A stretch of 64,000 nucleotides of DNA from contig CAZZJC010000001.1 in assembly GCA_964654285.1 (NCBI GenBank), positions 5,030 through 69,029 of the forward strand, read 5' to 3'. Numbering within the stretch: the first letter of the stretch is position 1; every line of letters begins with the position of its first letter. Positions 48,852 through 59,774 of this stretch are shown here, piece after piece. The translations under genes and the position numbers were made by a program. The notes beneath the pieces are model-generated. The model was not told the origin of the DNA and made no database searches. It saw only the letters and a program-made list of their open reading frames with translations. This DNA is from an uncultured Candidatus Kuenenia sp. (GTDB lineage: Bacteria; Planctomycetota; UBA11346).

Positions 48852-48970
48852 TCTCCTGGTCCCGGGGCGGCAGGCCCGCGCGCGGGGGGAGGCTTTCTAG
48901 CAGTCGGTCCCCGCCCGGCAAGGACGGGTTTGAGTCCGGCAAGGACCGGTTTCAGCCCGGTTCCCGGTCT

Positions 48971-51025
48971 TCACGCCGGCAACAGGGGGCGGCTGGACAG
49001 ATCGGCCAGGCGCTGCGCGACCTCGGTCGTGGTCCGTGCCGGTGCGAGGCAGGACGTTCCGACGCAGACCAGGGCCTGCGGCTGGACCTGTTCGCGCCGG
49101 CCGTCGAGGCATTCCCAGTCGCGCTCGCGGCAGGTGGCGGCGGGGACGATGGCCAGGAACGGATCGGTGGCGCGGCGGCAGGCGGCGAGCAGGTCGCGGG
49201 TGCGCGGATCGGCGGGATCGCCGGTGACGACCGCCGTGCGGGCGCCGCTGCGGGCGTCGAGCAGGCCGGCGAGCAGGGTGGCGCATGCGCTCGGGGCCTT
49301 GTGCGCGGTTTCCGCTGCGGCGGCGAAGATCCCCTCGGCCAGGGCGAGCCAGCGGTTGCGCCCGGTGAGGTGGCCCAGGCGCACGAAGGCGCGCGCGAGG
49401 GCGCTCTGCCCGCCCGGCCAGGCGTTGTCGGCGTGCTCGCGCGAACGGCGGATGAGGTCGCCGCGGCCGGCGGCGGTGGTGTAGAAGCCGCCGTCCTCGG
49501 CGCGCAGGCGGTCGTTGGCCTCGTCCGCGACACGGGTGGCGAGGTCGATGAGGTGCGGTTCGCCCAGGCAGTCGAAGGCGGCGAGCAGCGCCAGGGCGAG
49601 CGAACCGTAGTCGGTCAGGTGCGCCGGCCGGCCGCTCAGGCGCACGAGGCCGTCCGGAGTCTGGCGGGTCGCGAGCAGATCGGCGAGCTCGCGCGTCGCC
49701 GCGAGGAAGCGGTCCTCGCCGGTCAGGCGCGCGAGCACGGCGAAGGCTTCGAGCGCGAGCGCGTTCTGGTCCGTCAGCACCTTGTCGTCGCGGCCGGGAC
49801 GTGGACGGGCGTCGCGGCTGGCGCGCAGGCGGGGCAGGTGGTCCTCCCAGCCGGCGCGCAGGCGCTGGAGGTCGCCCTCGGGCGCGAGGTTCGCGAGGTT
49901 CGCCCCGCGCGGATGCGGGATGTGCGACGGCACCGGTTCCGGATGGCCGGATGGTCCGGCCTCGGCGTGGCCGGCGCGCAGGTTCCATTCTCGCGCCAGG
50001 CGCAGGCCGGTCTCATCGCCCAGCACCTCGGCGAGCTGCGCCGGCGTCCAGGCGTAGAACGAGCCTTCGCCGCCCGGATCGTCGGCGTCTTCCGCGGCGG
50101 CGTAGCCGAGGAATCGCCCGTCCGCATCGTTGACGCGCAGATCGCGCAGCAGGTAGTCGCCCGCGTTCACGGCGGTACGCACGAAGTCCGGCCGCCGCCA
50201 CGCCGTGCCCCAGCGCGCATACGCGACGATGAGCTGGGCGTTGTCGTAGAGCATCTTCTCGAAGTGCGGCACGCGCCAGGCGCGATCGGTGCTGTAGCGG
50301 TGGAATCCGCCGCCGACGCGGTCGTGCAGGCCGGAATCCTGCATCGCCTCCAGCACCAGTTCGGCACGTTCGCGCCAGGCCGGCCGGCCGGTGGCCGGCA
50401 GCAGGTTCAGGAGTTGCGACGGCGGGAACTTGGGCGCGCGCTCGGAACCCCAGGCCCAGCCGGGATCGCGCGCGTCGAAGGTGGTGGTCAGCACCTCGTC
50501 GAGGCGCTTCCAGACCTGCTCGTCCAGGTGGCCCGGCGCGGTGGTGTCGCGGACCAGGTAGCGCGTGATCTGCGCCGCCACGTCGGCCAGCCGTGGCCGG
50601 TCGCTGCGCCACAGGTCGTGCAGATGGCCGATCAGCTTCTGCCAGGTCGGGCGCGGCAGGTAGGTGCAGGCGTAGAACGGCCGCCCGCGCGCATCGCAGA
50701 ACGCGTTGAGCGGCCAGCCGCCGTGGCCGCTGAGGGCCTGCACCGCGTCCATGTAGATCTCGTCGACCTCCGGGTGCTCCTCGCGATCGACCTTGATGCA
50801 GACGAACGTGGCGTTCATCGCGGCGGCGGTCTCGGCGTCCTCGAAGCACTCGTGCGCCATGACATGGCACCAGTGGCAGGTGCTGTAGCCGATCGACACC
50901 AGCACCGGCACGTCGCGGCGTTCGGCCTCGGCGAACGCGGCGGCCGACCATGCGACCCAGTCCACCGGATTACCGGCGTGCTGGCGCAGGTAGGGGGACG
51001 CCGCAGATGCGAGGGCGTTCGTCAT
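48971..51025 (-). CDS. Thioredoxin-domain protein YyaL/DUF255 (thioredoxin-like N-terminus + six-hairpin glycosidase-like domain)
   Basis: [50 protein letters not shown]. Conserved DUF255 N-terminus with CxxC-like HWCH. Confidence 0.8.
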   Translation of the reverse strand: MTNALASAASPYLRQHAGNPVDWVAWSAAAFAEAERRDVPVLVSIGYSTCHWCHVMAHECFEDAETAAAMNATFVCIKVDREEHPEVDEIYMDAVQALSGHGGWPLNAFCDARGRPFYACTYLPRPTWQKLIGHLHDLWRSDRPRLADVAAQITRYLVRDTTAPGHLDEQVWKRLDEVLTTTFDARDPGWAWGSERAPKFPPSQLLNLLPATGRPAWRERAELVLEAMQDSGLHDRVGGGFHRYSTDRAWRVPHFEKMLYDNAQLIVAYARWGTAWRRPDFVRTAVNAGDYLLRDLRVNDADGRFLGYAAAEDADDPGGEGSFYAWTPAQLAEVLGDETGLRLAREWNLRAGHAEAGPSGHPEPVPSHIPHPRGANLANLAPEGDLQRLRAGWEDHLPRLRASRDARPRPGRDDKVLTDQNALALEAFAVLARLTGEDRFLAATRELADLLATRQTPDGLVRLSGRPAHLTDYGSLALALLAAFDCLGEPHLIDLATRVADEANDRLRAEDGGFYTTAAGRGDLIRRSREHADNAWPGGQSALARAFVRLGHLTGRNRWLALAEGIFAAAAETAHKAPSACATLLAGLLDARSGARTAVVTGDPADPRTRDLLAACRRATDPFLAIVPAATCRERDWECLDGRREQVQPQALVCVGTSCLAPARTTTEVAQRLADLSSRPLLPA

Positions 51026-51102
51026 GTGGCGCGGAGTGTGCACGGCCGGGCGCGCCGGTCGATCGGAAAGCGCGATCCTCGATACCGGCCGGTCGATTCG
51101 GT

Positions 51103-51627
51103 TCAGGAGGGGGACTGGACCAGGGCCACGATCTGGGCCGCGACCGCGTCGACCGGCTGGGTCGCCGCGACCACCGCGTGGGCGATCTCGCGGTAGAGCG
51201 GCTCCCGTTCGGCGAGCAGGCGCGGAACCTCGTCGGTGATGGTGGCGCCGGTCAGGCTGGGCCGGTTGCCGGGATCGCGGGCCAGCCGGGCCTGCAGCAC
51301 GGCCGCCTCGGCATGCAGATAGACGATGCAGCCGCCGCGCTCGCGCAGCAGCGCCCGGTTCTCCGGCCGCAGCACCGCCCCGCCGCCGGTGGCGAGGACG
51401 AGCGGCCCCTCGCCGGCGAGCAGGCGGACGAGTTCCGCCGCCTCGCGCTCGCGGAAGACCTCCAGGCCGGCGCGCGCGACCAGCTTGGCGATCGACGTGC
51501 GCTGGCGTTTCTCCAGCGAGCGGTCGGCGTCGACCTCGGGCCAGCCCAGGCGGTCGGCGACCAGGCGCGCCACCGTGGATTTGCCGCAGGCCCGGTACCC
51601 GATCAGCGTGACGCGGTTCTTCAGCAT
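51103..51627 (-). CDS. aroK: Shikimate kinase
   Basis: Walker [13 protein letters not shown]/shikimate-binding blocks (ATGGGAVL). 174 aa. Confidence 0.85.
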   Translation of the reverse strand: MLKNRVTLIGYRACGKSTVARLVADRLGWPEVDADRSLEKRQRTSIAKLVARAGLEVFREREAAELVRLLAGEGPLVLATGGGAVLRPENRALLRERGGCIVYLHAEAAVLQARLARDPGNRPSLTGATITDEVPRLLAEREPLYREIAHAVVAATQPVDAVAAQIVALVQSPS

Positions 51628-51747
51628 GCGCCCGGTCATGACGGGGCGATCGCCGCAGGCAAGGCGTCTGGTCCGCCGGATCCGGCAGGGCGGGCGGGAG
51701 GGGAAACGGACCCCGTCAGCTGATTCCCCGGAATCCGGGGGCGTACG

Positions 51748-53679
51748 TCATTTCTCCCCGATGGCGTAGATATGCGTCTGCGATTTGATGTAGATCCGCC
51801 CACCCCGGCAGGCGACACCGCCGACTTCATGACCGAAGCCGTCCTTGATGCCCATGTAGGTGCCGAGGCAGAAGCGCTTGAACTCGGGGTTCTTGAGCGA
51901 CGGGAAGTAGCGGTCGGAGATGTCGATCGGCAGGCTTCCGTCGCCGAGCAGGTTGGGCTTGGCATTCAGGCGCTTGGGTTTGGCCGGATCGGAGACGTCG
52001 ATGACGTTCGTCGTCGACTTCCTCTCACCCATACCGGTGATCGTGAGCAGGCGATTGCCGGCCAGGACCGGAGTCCCGCCCATGGAACGGTCTATGGTCG
52101 CCAGGGTCTCTCCCGAGACGGGATTGATGAGCGTCGCGCTGGTGGCGAGGATCGTGGGCGACAGGGCGAAGGGGCTGTGGCTCGCACCCCTCGACTGGGA
52201 TTTCAAGCCGGCCCCGATGACCAGGCCGCCTTCTGGCGTCAGGCTCAGCGTCCACATGTTGACCGGGGGGGCGCTGTGATCCCCGCCATAGCATTTGTAC
52301 AGGGTGTTGTTGACGAAGCCGATGAAGCCCGAACCCCAGTAGTCGTTCTTCACCGGATTCTCTGCGGTCGCGCCGACGCTGCTGGGGAATTGTCCCATCT
52401 TGGCCCCGGTTTCGGCGTCGATGACCGCGCCCTGGTTGCCCACGACCAGGGCCCGGATGCCGCCCTTGCCATCCGGCAACCGGACCAAGGCCGGTGACAT
52501 ATGGTCCCCGTGGGTTCCCGTGGCCGGCGGACCTCCGGGTCCGCGCGAGCTTTCCCAGCGCAGGGCCCCGGTGCGCTTGTCGATACCCATCAGGGACATG
52601 GTGTAGCCTTCGCTCTTGCTGGCACCGCCGCCGGGGACGATGAGGAGGTCCTTCCAGAGCAGGGGCGATGGGCAATGCGAAGCCCCGGCCGGCGACATCT
52701 GCGGGTCGCGCCATCCCCACAGGCGCTTGCCGGTGGCGAGGTCATAGGCCGCGATCTGGCCGAGGCCGAAGGTCACGCCGACGATCTCGCCATCGCTCAC
52801 CGGCGTGGCCATGGTGTCGGTCATGTGGCCCTGCCAATGATTGGTGAAGGAACTGACCGGCACGCCGGTCTTGGCGGCAGCATACTGGACCAGGGCCGGG
52901 CTGGACGACCACGTGGGCGGCGCCCCCCCGGCATAGGGTTTGACGGTGGACTGCTTCAGACCCTCCGCCGGCTTCCGGTCCGCCGCGAGATCGCGCAAGG
53001 TCGCGATCTCGCCGTCCAGGGTCGGGCCGATGTCCGGGAATGCGGTCTTCAGCTCATTCTTCCAAAGCTCCAGATCCTTGGCCACGGCCTCCATGAATAC
53101 CTTGCGTTCTGCGGGGTATCCTGCGAAATTCTTTCTGGCATCGCGCGCTATGGCCGTCGCACCCAGGCGCACGCGCCACCAGCCCAGGGCGCGCTCGAAG
53201 AGCTCCTGCTGCGGGGCCGCCGCGGCTGCCGCCGGCGCCGGTCCGACCGATTTGCGGTCCGCGCTGAGGGCCGGCAGGGTCAAGAGCTTGAGCTCATCCT
53301 GCCAGAGGACCTTGCCGGTGTCGGCGTCATAGCAGGTCACGAAGTGGGGGGTGCTCAGGCAGACCACCCGGTTGCCGACCACCAGGGGCTGGCTGTCGCT
53401 GCCACCCGGCAGGGCGGCCTTCCAGAGGATGTTCCTGGCCTTCTGGTCGCCGTAGGTCCATTGCTTGGAGGTGGCGCCCTTGGCGTTCTTGACCTCGGCT
53501 TCGACCGGGGTGCCCTCCCAGAACTCGGTCGGGGGCGTGGCGCCCGGATACCAGAAGTTGCCCTGGCCGGCGAAGCCGACCGGGTCGGTGGGCGAGGCTT
53601 GCCAGTTCGCGGCGGCGAAGGGGATCTCGCCAGCCTGGATCGTTCCCGCGAGCAGGATCAGGAGGTTCAATGGGCGCAT
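51748..53679 (-). CDS. PQQ-like beta-propeller repeat protein (paralog 4), secreted
   Basis: Signal MRPLNLLILLAGTIQAGE (start 53679). Motifs NILWKAALPGGS, PLVVGNRVV. The segment FVTCYDADTGKVLWQDELKLLTLPALSADRKS is nearly identical to paralog 1. Confidence 0.75.
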   Translation of the reverse strand: MRPLNLLILLAGTIQAGEIPFAAANWQASPTDPVGFAGQGNFWYPGATPPTEFWEGTPVEAEVKNAKGATSKQWTYGDQKARNILWKAALPGGSDSQPLVVGNRVVCLSTPHFVTCYDADTGKVLWQDELKLLTLPALSADRKSVGPAPAAAAAAPQQELFERALGWWRVRLGATAIARDARKNFAGYPAERKVFMEAVAKDLELWKNELKTAFPDIGPTLDGEIATLRDLAADRKPAEGLKQSTVKPYAGGAPPTWSSSPALVQYAAAKTGVPVSSFTNHWQGHMTDTMATPVSDGEIVGVTFGLGQIAAYDLATGKRLWGWRDPQMSPAGASHCPSPLLWKDLLIVPGGGASKSEGYTMSLMGIDKRTGALRWESSRGPGGPPATGTHGDHMSPALVRLPDGKGGIRALVVGNQGAVIDAETGAKMGQFPSSVGATAENPVKNDYWGSGFIGFVNNTLYKCYGGDHSAPPVNMWTLSLTPEGGLVIGAGLKSQSRGASHSPFALSPTILATSATLINPVSGETLATIDRSMGGTPVLAGNRLLTITGMGERKSTTNVIDVSDPAKPKRLNAKPNLLGDGSLPIDISDRYFPSLKNPEFKRFCLGTYMGIKDGFGHEVGGVACRGGRIYIKSQTHIYAIGEK

Positions 53680-53805
53680 GTCTGGCCTTCCGTGACGGGT
53701 TGTGGCAGGGGCGATGTACCCGTCACTGCTTCCGGGTGTTTTCATGATTCACGGCCGGGCCTTCCAGGCTGTTGCCTTTGGATGCATCCGGTTACTTTTT
53801 GGCGC

Positions 53806-54723
53806 ATGTCCGTCCCCGACCCCAGCGCCTGGTTGCGACGGGCCCTGATGCATTGGAAGGGGACCTTCGTCGGCAGGATCCATGTCCGCTCGGCCGCGGG
53901 TGGTCCGCCGCCGGGGCCGGGGATGGCGGGACGCGAGGATCGGCCTTGTGCCCTTGGGATGCAGGCGGGCAGGCTGAGGCTCAGGACGCCCGGATCGGTC
54001 GAAACCCTGCTCCCAGGGGACGTGGCGATCCTGTCTGCCGGCACCGGTTTCCGGCTCGAGATCCCCGTCTCGGCCGAGATATTGATGCTGTTCGCCGACC
54101 ACGGCGTGTCGGTGCAATGGTTGCGTCTGCACCACGACAGGTCGGTGTTGCTGCACCAGGCCGATTCGGGCACCGTACCTCCGGATCCCGTGTTCGCCCC
54201 GCTGCTCGCCACGCTGGCGCGAACCGGGTTGTCCGAGCGGGCCCGGAGGTCCGGCTGGACCTTCGTCGTCCAGCTGCTGCAGGAGCAGAAGCTGGCCCCA
54301 CGGCGCAGAAGCGGGGGCGACCCTATCGCCTGCCTGGCCCGGGATCGCATCCAGGCCGGTTTCGCCGATCCCGCGTTGGATGTGGTCGCCCTGGCGCGGG
54401 ATCTGGGCGTGCACCGCAGCACCGTGCTGCGGGCCTTTCGACGCCAGGGTCTGGGAACGCCGCAGGCCTTTCTCCTGCGCTGCCGCATCGATCTGGCCCA
54501 GGATCTGCTCCGATCCACCATTCTCAGCACCGATGAGGTGGCCAGGTGTGCCGGATTCGCGAACCGGTCGGTCTTCCATCGCGCCTTCCGACGGATGACA
54601 GGCGTCCCGCCCCAGCGTTATCGTCGATTCGGCCATCATGACGGCCGTCGTTCCCCGGCCACGGCGCAGGCCGGAGCAGCCGCGCCGCGGAAGCTGCAAC
54701 CGGATGAGGCCCAAGGAGGCTGA
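53806..54723 (+). CDS. AraC-family transcriptional regulator
   Basis: ATG 53806 (MSVPDPSAWL). C-terminal HTH (LARDLGVHRSTVLRAFRRQGLGTPQAFLLRCRIDLAQDLLRSTILSTDEVARCAGFANRSVFHRAFRRMTGVPP). Divergent from paralog 4. Confidence 0.75.
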   Translation: MSVPDPSAWLRRALMHWKGTFVGRIHVRSAAGGPPPGPGMAGREDRPCALGMQAGRLRLRTPGSVETLLPGDVAILSAGTGFRLEIPVSAEILMLFADHGVSVQWLRLHHDRSVLLHQADSGTVPPDPVFAPLLATLARTGLSERARRSGWTFVVQLLQEQKLAPRRRSGGDPIACLARDRIQAGFADPALDVVALARDLGVHRSTVLRAFRRQGLGTPQAFLLRCRIDLAQDLLRSTILSTDEVARCAGFANRSVFHRAFRRMTGVPPQRYRRFGHHDGRRSPATAQAGAAAPRKLQPDEAQGG

Positions 54724-54864
54724 GTCGCGGTCTGCCCAGCCGGGATGGGCGCGGGAAACCCCGACCAGCCCGGAACCACGGCCAAGGATGGACGGAGGGG
54801 CACCCCGGAGGGAAGGTTCTGCTCCCCTGTTGCGGGATTCACGTAATCGCTTCGACTCTCCCCC

Positions 54865-57606
54865 GTGGCGCAACTGCTCCAATCCGGTCAGCACCTGGGC
54901 GGCTACGGCATCGAGTCGTTGATCGGCAAGGGTGGCATGGGCGAGGTCTACCGGGCGCGGCAATTGAGCATGGACCGCCAGGTCGCGCTCAAGGTGCTGT
55001 CGCCCCGGCTCGCGCGCCAGGATCCCAAGTTCGCGCAGCAGTTCCGCGACGAGGCGCGCGCCGCCGGCCGCCTGAGCCACCCCAACATCATCGCGGTGCA
55101 TGATGTCGGCACCGCGCCGCATCCCGTGGACGGCGAGACGATCCATTATTTCTCGATGGAACTCGTCGACGGCGAGTCGGTGAAGGAGGTGCTCCAGCGC
55201 GAAGGCACCTGCCCGCGCGACCTGGTCACCTCGATCATGCTCGCGATGTCCGAGGCGTTGGTCTACGCCGAGGCCCAGCACATCATCCATCGCGACATCA
55301 AGCCCGACAACATCATGCTCACCTCGAAGCAGGTGGCGAAGCTGGCCGACCTCGGCCTGGCGATGCGGGTCGGCGACGAGGCCGGCGCCGACAAGGACGA
55401 GCAGGGCCGTTCCAAGGTGATGGGCACGCCGCTCTACATGAGCCCGGAGCAGGCGCGGGCCACGGCGCTCGATGCGCGCAGCGACCAATACAGCCTGGGT
55501 GCGACGCTCTACCACATGCTGACCGGCCACGCGCCGTTCACCGCCCCATCGGCCAAGGAGATCATGAAGGCGCATGTGTTCGCGCCGGTGCCGGACCCGC
55601 AGGAGGAGAACCCCGGCATCAGCCAGCCGTGGCGCGATCTCTGCATGCGTCTGATGGCGAAGTCGCCCGAGGACCGCTTCCCCACCGCGACCGCCCTGCG
55701 CGACGCGGTGCGCCAGATCGCCTACGGCGACCAGCGGTCGGGTGCGACCGCGCGCCAGCGCACCCCGCGCCCGCTGCGGTCGCGCAGCGGTTCGCCCTGG
55801 GCCGGCCCGCTGATCCTGGCCGGAGTGCTGGTCGCCGGTGCGATCGTCCTGTTCGTGGTGATGGACCGTGCGAAGCCGGAGCAGCCGGACGCGCTGACCC
55901 TGGTGCCGGTTCCGGATACGGCCGAGGTCACCCGCCAGGCCGCGGCCACCGCCATCGCCGCCCTGCCGGCTGATAATGCCCAGGCGGTGGGCGCCCTGGA
56001 GCGGCTGCTCGGCGAAGCCCGCTTCAGCACCGGCCCGGCCCGCGCGCTGCTCGAGGCCGAGCTTTCCCGCCGCCGCGCGCCCCGCCCGGATCCGGCGGCG
56101 AACGACGCCAAGCTGGCCCAGGCCGAGCTCCTCGCCTCCGATCCGGGCCGTCTCGCCGAGCTGCGCAAGCTGCTGCCGGCGCTGGGCGGCCTCGACCTCG
56201 CCCCGCCGCAGCGGACCCGGCTCGACGCGCTGCGCGCCAAGGTCGACGAGCAGATCCGCCGTGCCAACGAACGCTGGAAGGCGAATGTCGCCACGGCCGC
56301 GACCCCGGCCGCCTGCGACGAGCTGCAACGCGAACTCGCCGCTGCGCCCGAGTGGATCCAGCGCGACGAAGTCACCCGCATGCTGGCGGCGCGGCGGCTC
56401 GCCCTGGCGCCCAAACCACCGCCACCGGTCGACCCTGGCCCGGCCTGGCGCGCCTTCGCCGCCGAGATCGACCCGCTGCGCGGCACGCCGGCGCTCATCG
56501 ACCTCGGCACCCGCCTGGAATCCCTCGGCGACCGCCTGCCGCCCGGGCCCGATCGCGAACTCGGCCAGGTGCTGGTCTCCGATCTTTCGATGCTGATCGG
56601 CACGGCGGAAAAACGCCTGCAGAACCACATCCAGAAGGAGACCCCGACCGTCCTCGTCCGCTTCGGCGCGAAGGATCTGCGCAAGGTCCGCCTCGTCCGC
56701 CTGAGCACCAAGGAGCTGGCCACGGCCGCGCCGGACCAGCCCAACGTCGCCGCCACCGCCCAGCCGCGCACCTCGCTCGATCTCGACTGGCGCTCGCTGC
56801 TCGACCGTGCGCTGAACACCGGCGTCGACAAGGACGCCGGCACCCTCGCGGCGGCGTGGCTGTGGTTCTGGCGCCTGCCCGAGGCCGACACCGCCCTGGC
56901 CGCGCTCGGCGAGGACCCGTTCGGGCGCGCCCTGCGCGCCTATGAGCGCCATGCCCGGCTGTTCCCGCAGGTGGCGAATCCGCCGCTGCGCGCCGACGAC
57001 CGCGTCGAGTTCAGCTACCGCTTCGATCCCTGGGACCACGCCCTGGTAGGCGACTTCCAGGGCGAGGGCCTGACCCTCGGCGCCAACGGGCTCTTCTGGC
57101 AGACCGGGGCGAGCCGCCCCGATCGCGACGCGGGCGAGGACAGGCTGCCCGGCGTGCGCTGGAAAGGTCTGCTCGCCGCGCCGGCCACGGCCGAGCTGCA
57201 ATGCCGGGTGGAGGCCGATTCCGTGCTGGCGATCGGTCTCGCGGTCGATGGGCGGGCGGTGCGGACGGTGCTCAACCTGCGCCAGGGCACCACCGCGATC
57301 ATCGCCACCGCCGCGACCGGCCGCACCTTCGCCATCGTGCCGATCACCGGCGGCGGTCCGATGCTCGGCCGGGACCGGTTGCTGACCTTGGGGTTCGTCC
57401 TGGGTGAGGACGGCCGGGTCGAGCTGAGCCTCGACGGCAGACCGCTCGCCACCGCCGCGCCATTGCAGCTGCCCGCCGGACGTCCGGCCACCCTGGTCAT
57501 GCAGACCCTGCAGACCCCGGGTACGGCGGAACGCCCCAGCCGGAGCGCCTGCGCGATCCAGAACCTGGTGCTCAAGGGCCGGTTGCCGGGGTCCGCGCAG
57601 CCCTGA
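54865..57606 (+). CDS. Membrane-spanning Ser/Thr protein kinase with ~580-aa C-terminal extracytoplasmic region
   Basis: Hanks kinase motifs (GKGGMGEVY, ALKVL, HRDIKPDNIML, DLGLA, GTPLYMSPE). TM helix WAGPLILAGVLVAGAIVLFVV. Probable GTG start at 54865. Confidence 0.85.
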   Translation: MAQLLQSGQHLGGYGIESLIGKGGMGEVYRARQLSMDRQVALKVLSPRLARQDPKFAQQFRDEARAAGRLSHPNIIAVHDVGTAPHPVDGETIHYFSMELVDGESVKEVLQREGTCPRDLVTSIMLAMSEALVYAEAQHIIHRDIKPDNIMLTSKQVAKLADLGLAMRVGDEAGADKDEQGRSKVMGTPLYMSPEQARATALDARSDQYSLGATLYHMLTGHAPFTAPSAKEIMKAHVFAPVPDPQEENPGISQPWRDLCMRLMAKSPEDRFPTATALRDAVRQIAYGDQRSGATARQRTPRPLRSRSGSPWAGPLILAGVLVAGAIVLFVVMDRAKPEQPDALTLVPVPDTAEVTRQAAATAIAALPADNAQAVGALERLLGEARFSTGPARALLEAELSRRRAPRPDPAANDAKLAQAELLASDPGRLAELRKLLPALGGLDLAPPQRTRLDALRAKVDEQIRRANERWKANVATAATPAACDELQRELAAAPEWIQRDEVTRMLAARRLALAPKPPPPVDPGPAWRAFAAEIDPLRGTPALIDLGTRLESLGDRLPPGPDRELGQVLVSDLSMLIGTAEKRLQNHIQKETPTVLVRFGAKDLRKVRLVRLSTKELATAAPDQPNVAATAQPRTSLDLDWRSLLDRALNTGVDKDAGTLAAAWLWFWRLPEADTALAALGEDPFGRALRAYERHARLFPQVANPPLRADDRVEFSYRFDPWDHALVGDFQGEGLTLGANGLFWQTGASRPDRDAGEDRLPGVRWKGLLAAPATAELQCRVEADSVLAIGLAVDGRAVRTVLNLRQGTTAIIATAATGRTFAIVPITGGGPMLGRDRLLTLGFVLGEDGRVELSLDGRPLATAAPLQLPAGRPATLVMQTLQTPGTAERPSRSACAIQNLVLKGRLPGSAQP

Positions 57607-57671
57607 AGCGGGAGGCATCGGTCGCCTGTCGACCCTTGTCCCAAGCGGCCGGGATCGACCATGGTGCGACC

Positions 57672-59771
57672 ATGTCCACGTCCAAGCCCGCACGCGCCCT
57701 GATCACCTCCGCCCTGCCGTACATCACCGGCGACATCCACCTCGGCCATCTCGTCGAGCACGTCCAGACCAACGTCTTCGTGCGCTTCCGCCGCATGGTC
57801 GGCGACGAGATCGCCTACCTGTGCGCCGACGACGTGCACGGCACCGGCACCATGATCACGGCGCGCAAGCAGGGGGTGAGCGAGGCCGACCTCATCGCCC
57901 GCCTGGGCAAGGCCCATGTCGAGGATCTCGCCGCGTTCGACGTGGTCTTCGACCGCTATGGCTCGACCGATGTCGCCGCCAACCGCGAGGTGGTGTACGG
58001 CATCTGGCGCAACCTGCGCGCGTCCGGCCATGTGGCAGAACGCGAGGTCACCCAGCTCTTCGATCCCGAGGCCGGCTGCTTCCTCGCGGATCGCTTCGTC
58101 AAAGGCACCTGTCCGGTCTGCGGCGCGCCGGACCAGTATGGCGATTCCTGCGATCGTTGCAGCGCGACCTACGCCCCCACCGACCTCAAGGATGCGCGCT
58201 CGACCCTGTCCGGCGCCACGCCCGAACTGCGCAGCGCCAAGCACTATTTCGTCAAGCTGGAGGAGCTGCGCCCGGTGATCGAGGCCTGGGTCGACGGGCC
58301 GGGCCACCTCCACCCCGACACCGCGCGCTGGGTGCGCAACACCTTCCTGGTCGCGGGCCAGCCGCTGCGCGAGTGGGACGTGTCGCGCCCGGCGCCGTAC
58401 TTCGGCTTCGAGATCCCCGACGCGCCCGGCAATTACTTCTATGTCTGGCTCGACGCGCCCTGCGGCTACCTGGCGACCGCGATCGACTGGTGCTCCGCCA
58501 ACGGCATCGACCTCGCCACCTGGTGGCCGCGTCAGGGCCAGCCCGGCTTCGCTGCTGAGCAATCCGGCTTCGCCGGTGGGCAGCCCGAGATCCACCACTT
58601 CATCGGCAAGGACATCGTCTACTTCCACACCCTGTTCTGGCCCGCCACCCTGCAGGCCGGCGGCTGGAAGCTGCCCAGCCGCGTGCACGTGCACGGCTTC
58701 CTGACCGTGAACGGCGAGAAGATGTCGAAGTCGAAGGGCACCTTCGTCAACGCCCGCACCTACCTCGACGCCGGCCTGGATCCGGCGCATCTGCGCTATT
58801 TCCTGGCGAGCAAGCTGAACGGCACCTCCGATGATTTCGATCTCAGCCTCGCCGAGTTCGAGGCCAAGGTGAACAGCGACGTGGTCGGCAAGGTGGTGAA
58901 CCTCGCCAGCCGCACGGCGCGCTTCGTCCCCAGCCTGGCCGCGACCTACCCCGACGACGGCGGCCTGTTCGCCGCCGCCGCCCAGGCCGGGACCGACATC
59001 GCCCGCGACTACGCCGCGACCGACTTCGCCTCGGCGATCCGCCGCATCATGGCCCTGGCCGACCGCGCCAACGAATACGTCGAACGCGCCGCGCCCTGGG
59101 CGCTCAAGAAGGATCCCGCGCGCGCGGTGGAACTGGCCCAGGTCTGCACCGTCGCGCTGAACCTGTTCCGCCAGCTCGCGGTCTACCTCGCGCCGGTGCT
59201 GCCGCGCCTGGCCGAGCAGGCCGGGCAGCTGCTCGGCGCCCCGATCACGCGCTGGGACGACGCGCAGCGCCCGGTGACCGGCCAGCCGATCGGCCCGTTC
59301 GGCCGCCTGACCGACCGCGTCGATCCGGCGAAGCTGGCGAAGATGATCGAACTGTCCCTGCCGAAGGAGGTTCCCGCGCCGGCCGTGCCCGCTGCCGCTG
59401 CGGCCGTGAGCGCGACCCCGGCCGAACCGGTCGCCGCCACCATCGCCTATGACGATTTCGCCAAGGTCGACCTGCGCGTCGCCCGCATCGTGACCGCCGA
59501 AGAGGTCCCCAAGGCCAAGAAGATCCTGAAGTTGACCTGCGATCTCGGCAGCCTCGGCCAGCGCACGATCTTCGCCGGCATCAAGGCGGGCTATCCCGAA
59601 CCGGCGAAACTCGCCAATCGCCTGATCGTGGTATGCGCCAATCTGGCCCCGCGCCAGATGTCGTTCGGCCTGAGCGAAGGCATGGCGCTGGCCGCCGGCG
59701 GCAGCCAGCCGCAGGAGCTGTTCCTGCTGGGGCCGGACGCCGGTGCCCAGCCGGGGCAGCGGGTGATGTAG
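57672..59771 (+). CDS. metG: Methionyl-tRNA synthetase with C-terminal tRNA-binding (EMAP/Trbp111-like) domain
   Basis: HIGH motif (DIHLGHLVEH). Zinc knuckle CPVCGAPDQYGDSCDRC. KMSKS. C-terminal FAKVDLRVARIV... Confidence 0.95.
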   Translation: MSTSKPARALITSALPYITGDIHLGHLVEHVQTNVFVRFRRMVGDEIAYLCADDVHGTGTMITARKQGVSEADLIARLGKAHVEDLAAFDVVFDRYGSTDVAANREVVYGIWRNLRASGHVAEREVTQLFDPEAGCFLADRFVKGTCPVCGAPDQYGDSCDRCSATYAPTDLKDARSTLSGATPELRSAKHYFVKLEELRPVIEAWVDGPGHLHPDTARWVRNTFLVAGQPLREWDVSRPAPYFGFEIPDAPGNYFYVWLDAPCGYLATAIDWCSANGIDLATWWPRQGQPGFAAEQSGFAGGQPEIHHFIGKDIVYFHTLFWPATLQAGGWKLPSRVHVHGFLTVNGEKMSKSKGTFVNARTYLDAGLDPAHLRYFLASKLNGTSDDFDLSLAEFEAKVNSDVVGKVVNLASRTARFVPSLAATYPDDGGLFAAAAQAGTDIARDYAATDFASAIRRIMALADRANEYVERAAPWALKKDPARAVELAQVCTVALNLFRQLAVYLAPVLPRLAEQAGQLLGAPITRWDDAQRPVTGQPIGPFGRLTDRVDPAKLAKMIELSLPKEVPAPAVPAAAAAVSATPAEPVAATIAYDDFAKVDLRVARIVTAEEVPKAKKILKLTCDLGSLGQRTIFAGIKAGYPEPAKLANRLIVVCANLAPRQMSFGLSEGMALAAGGSQPQELFLLGPDAGAQPGQRVM

Positions 59772-59774
59772 CGC

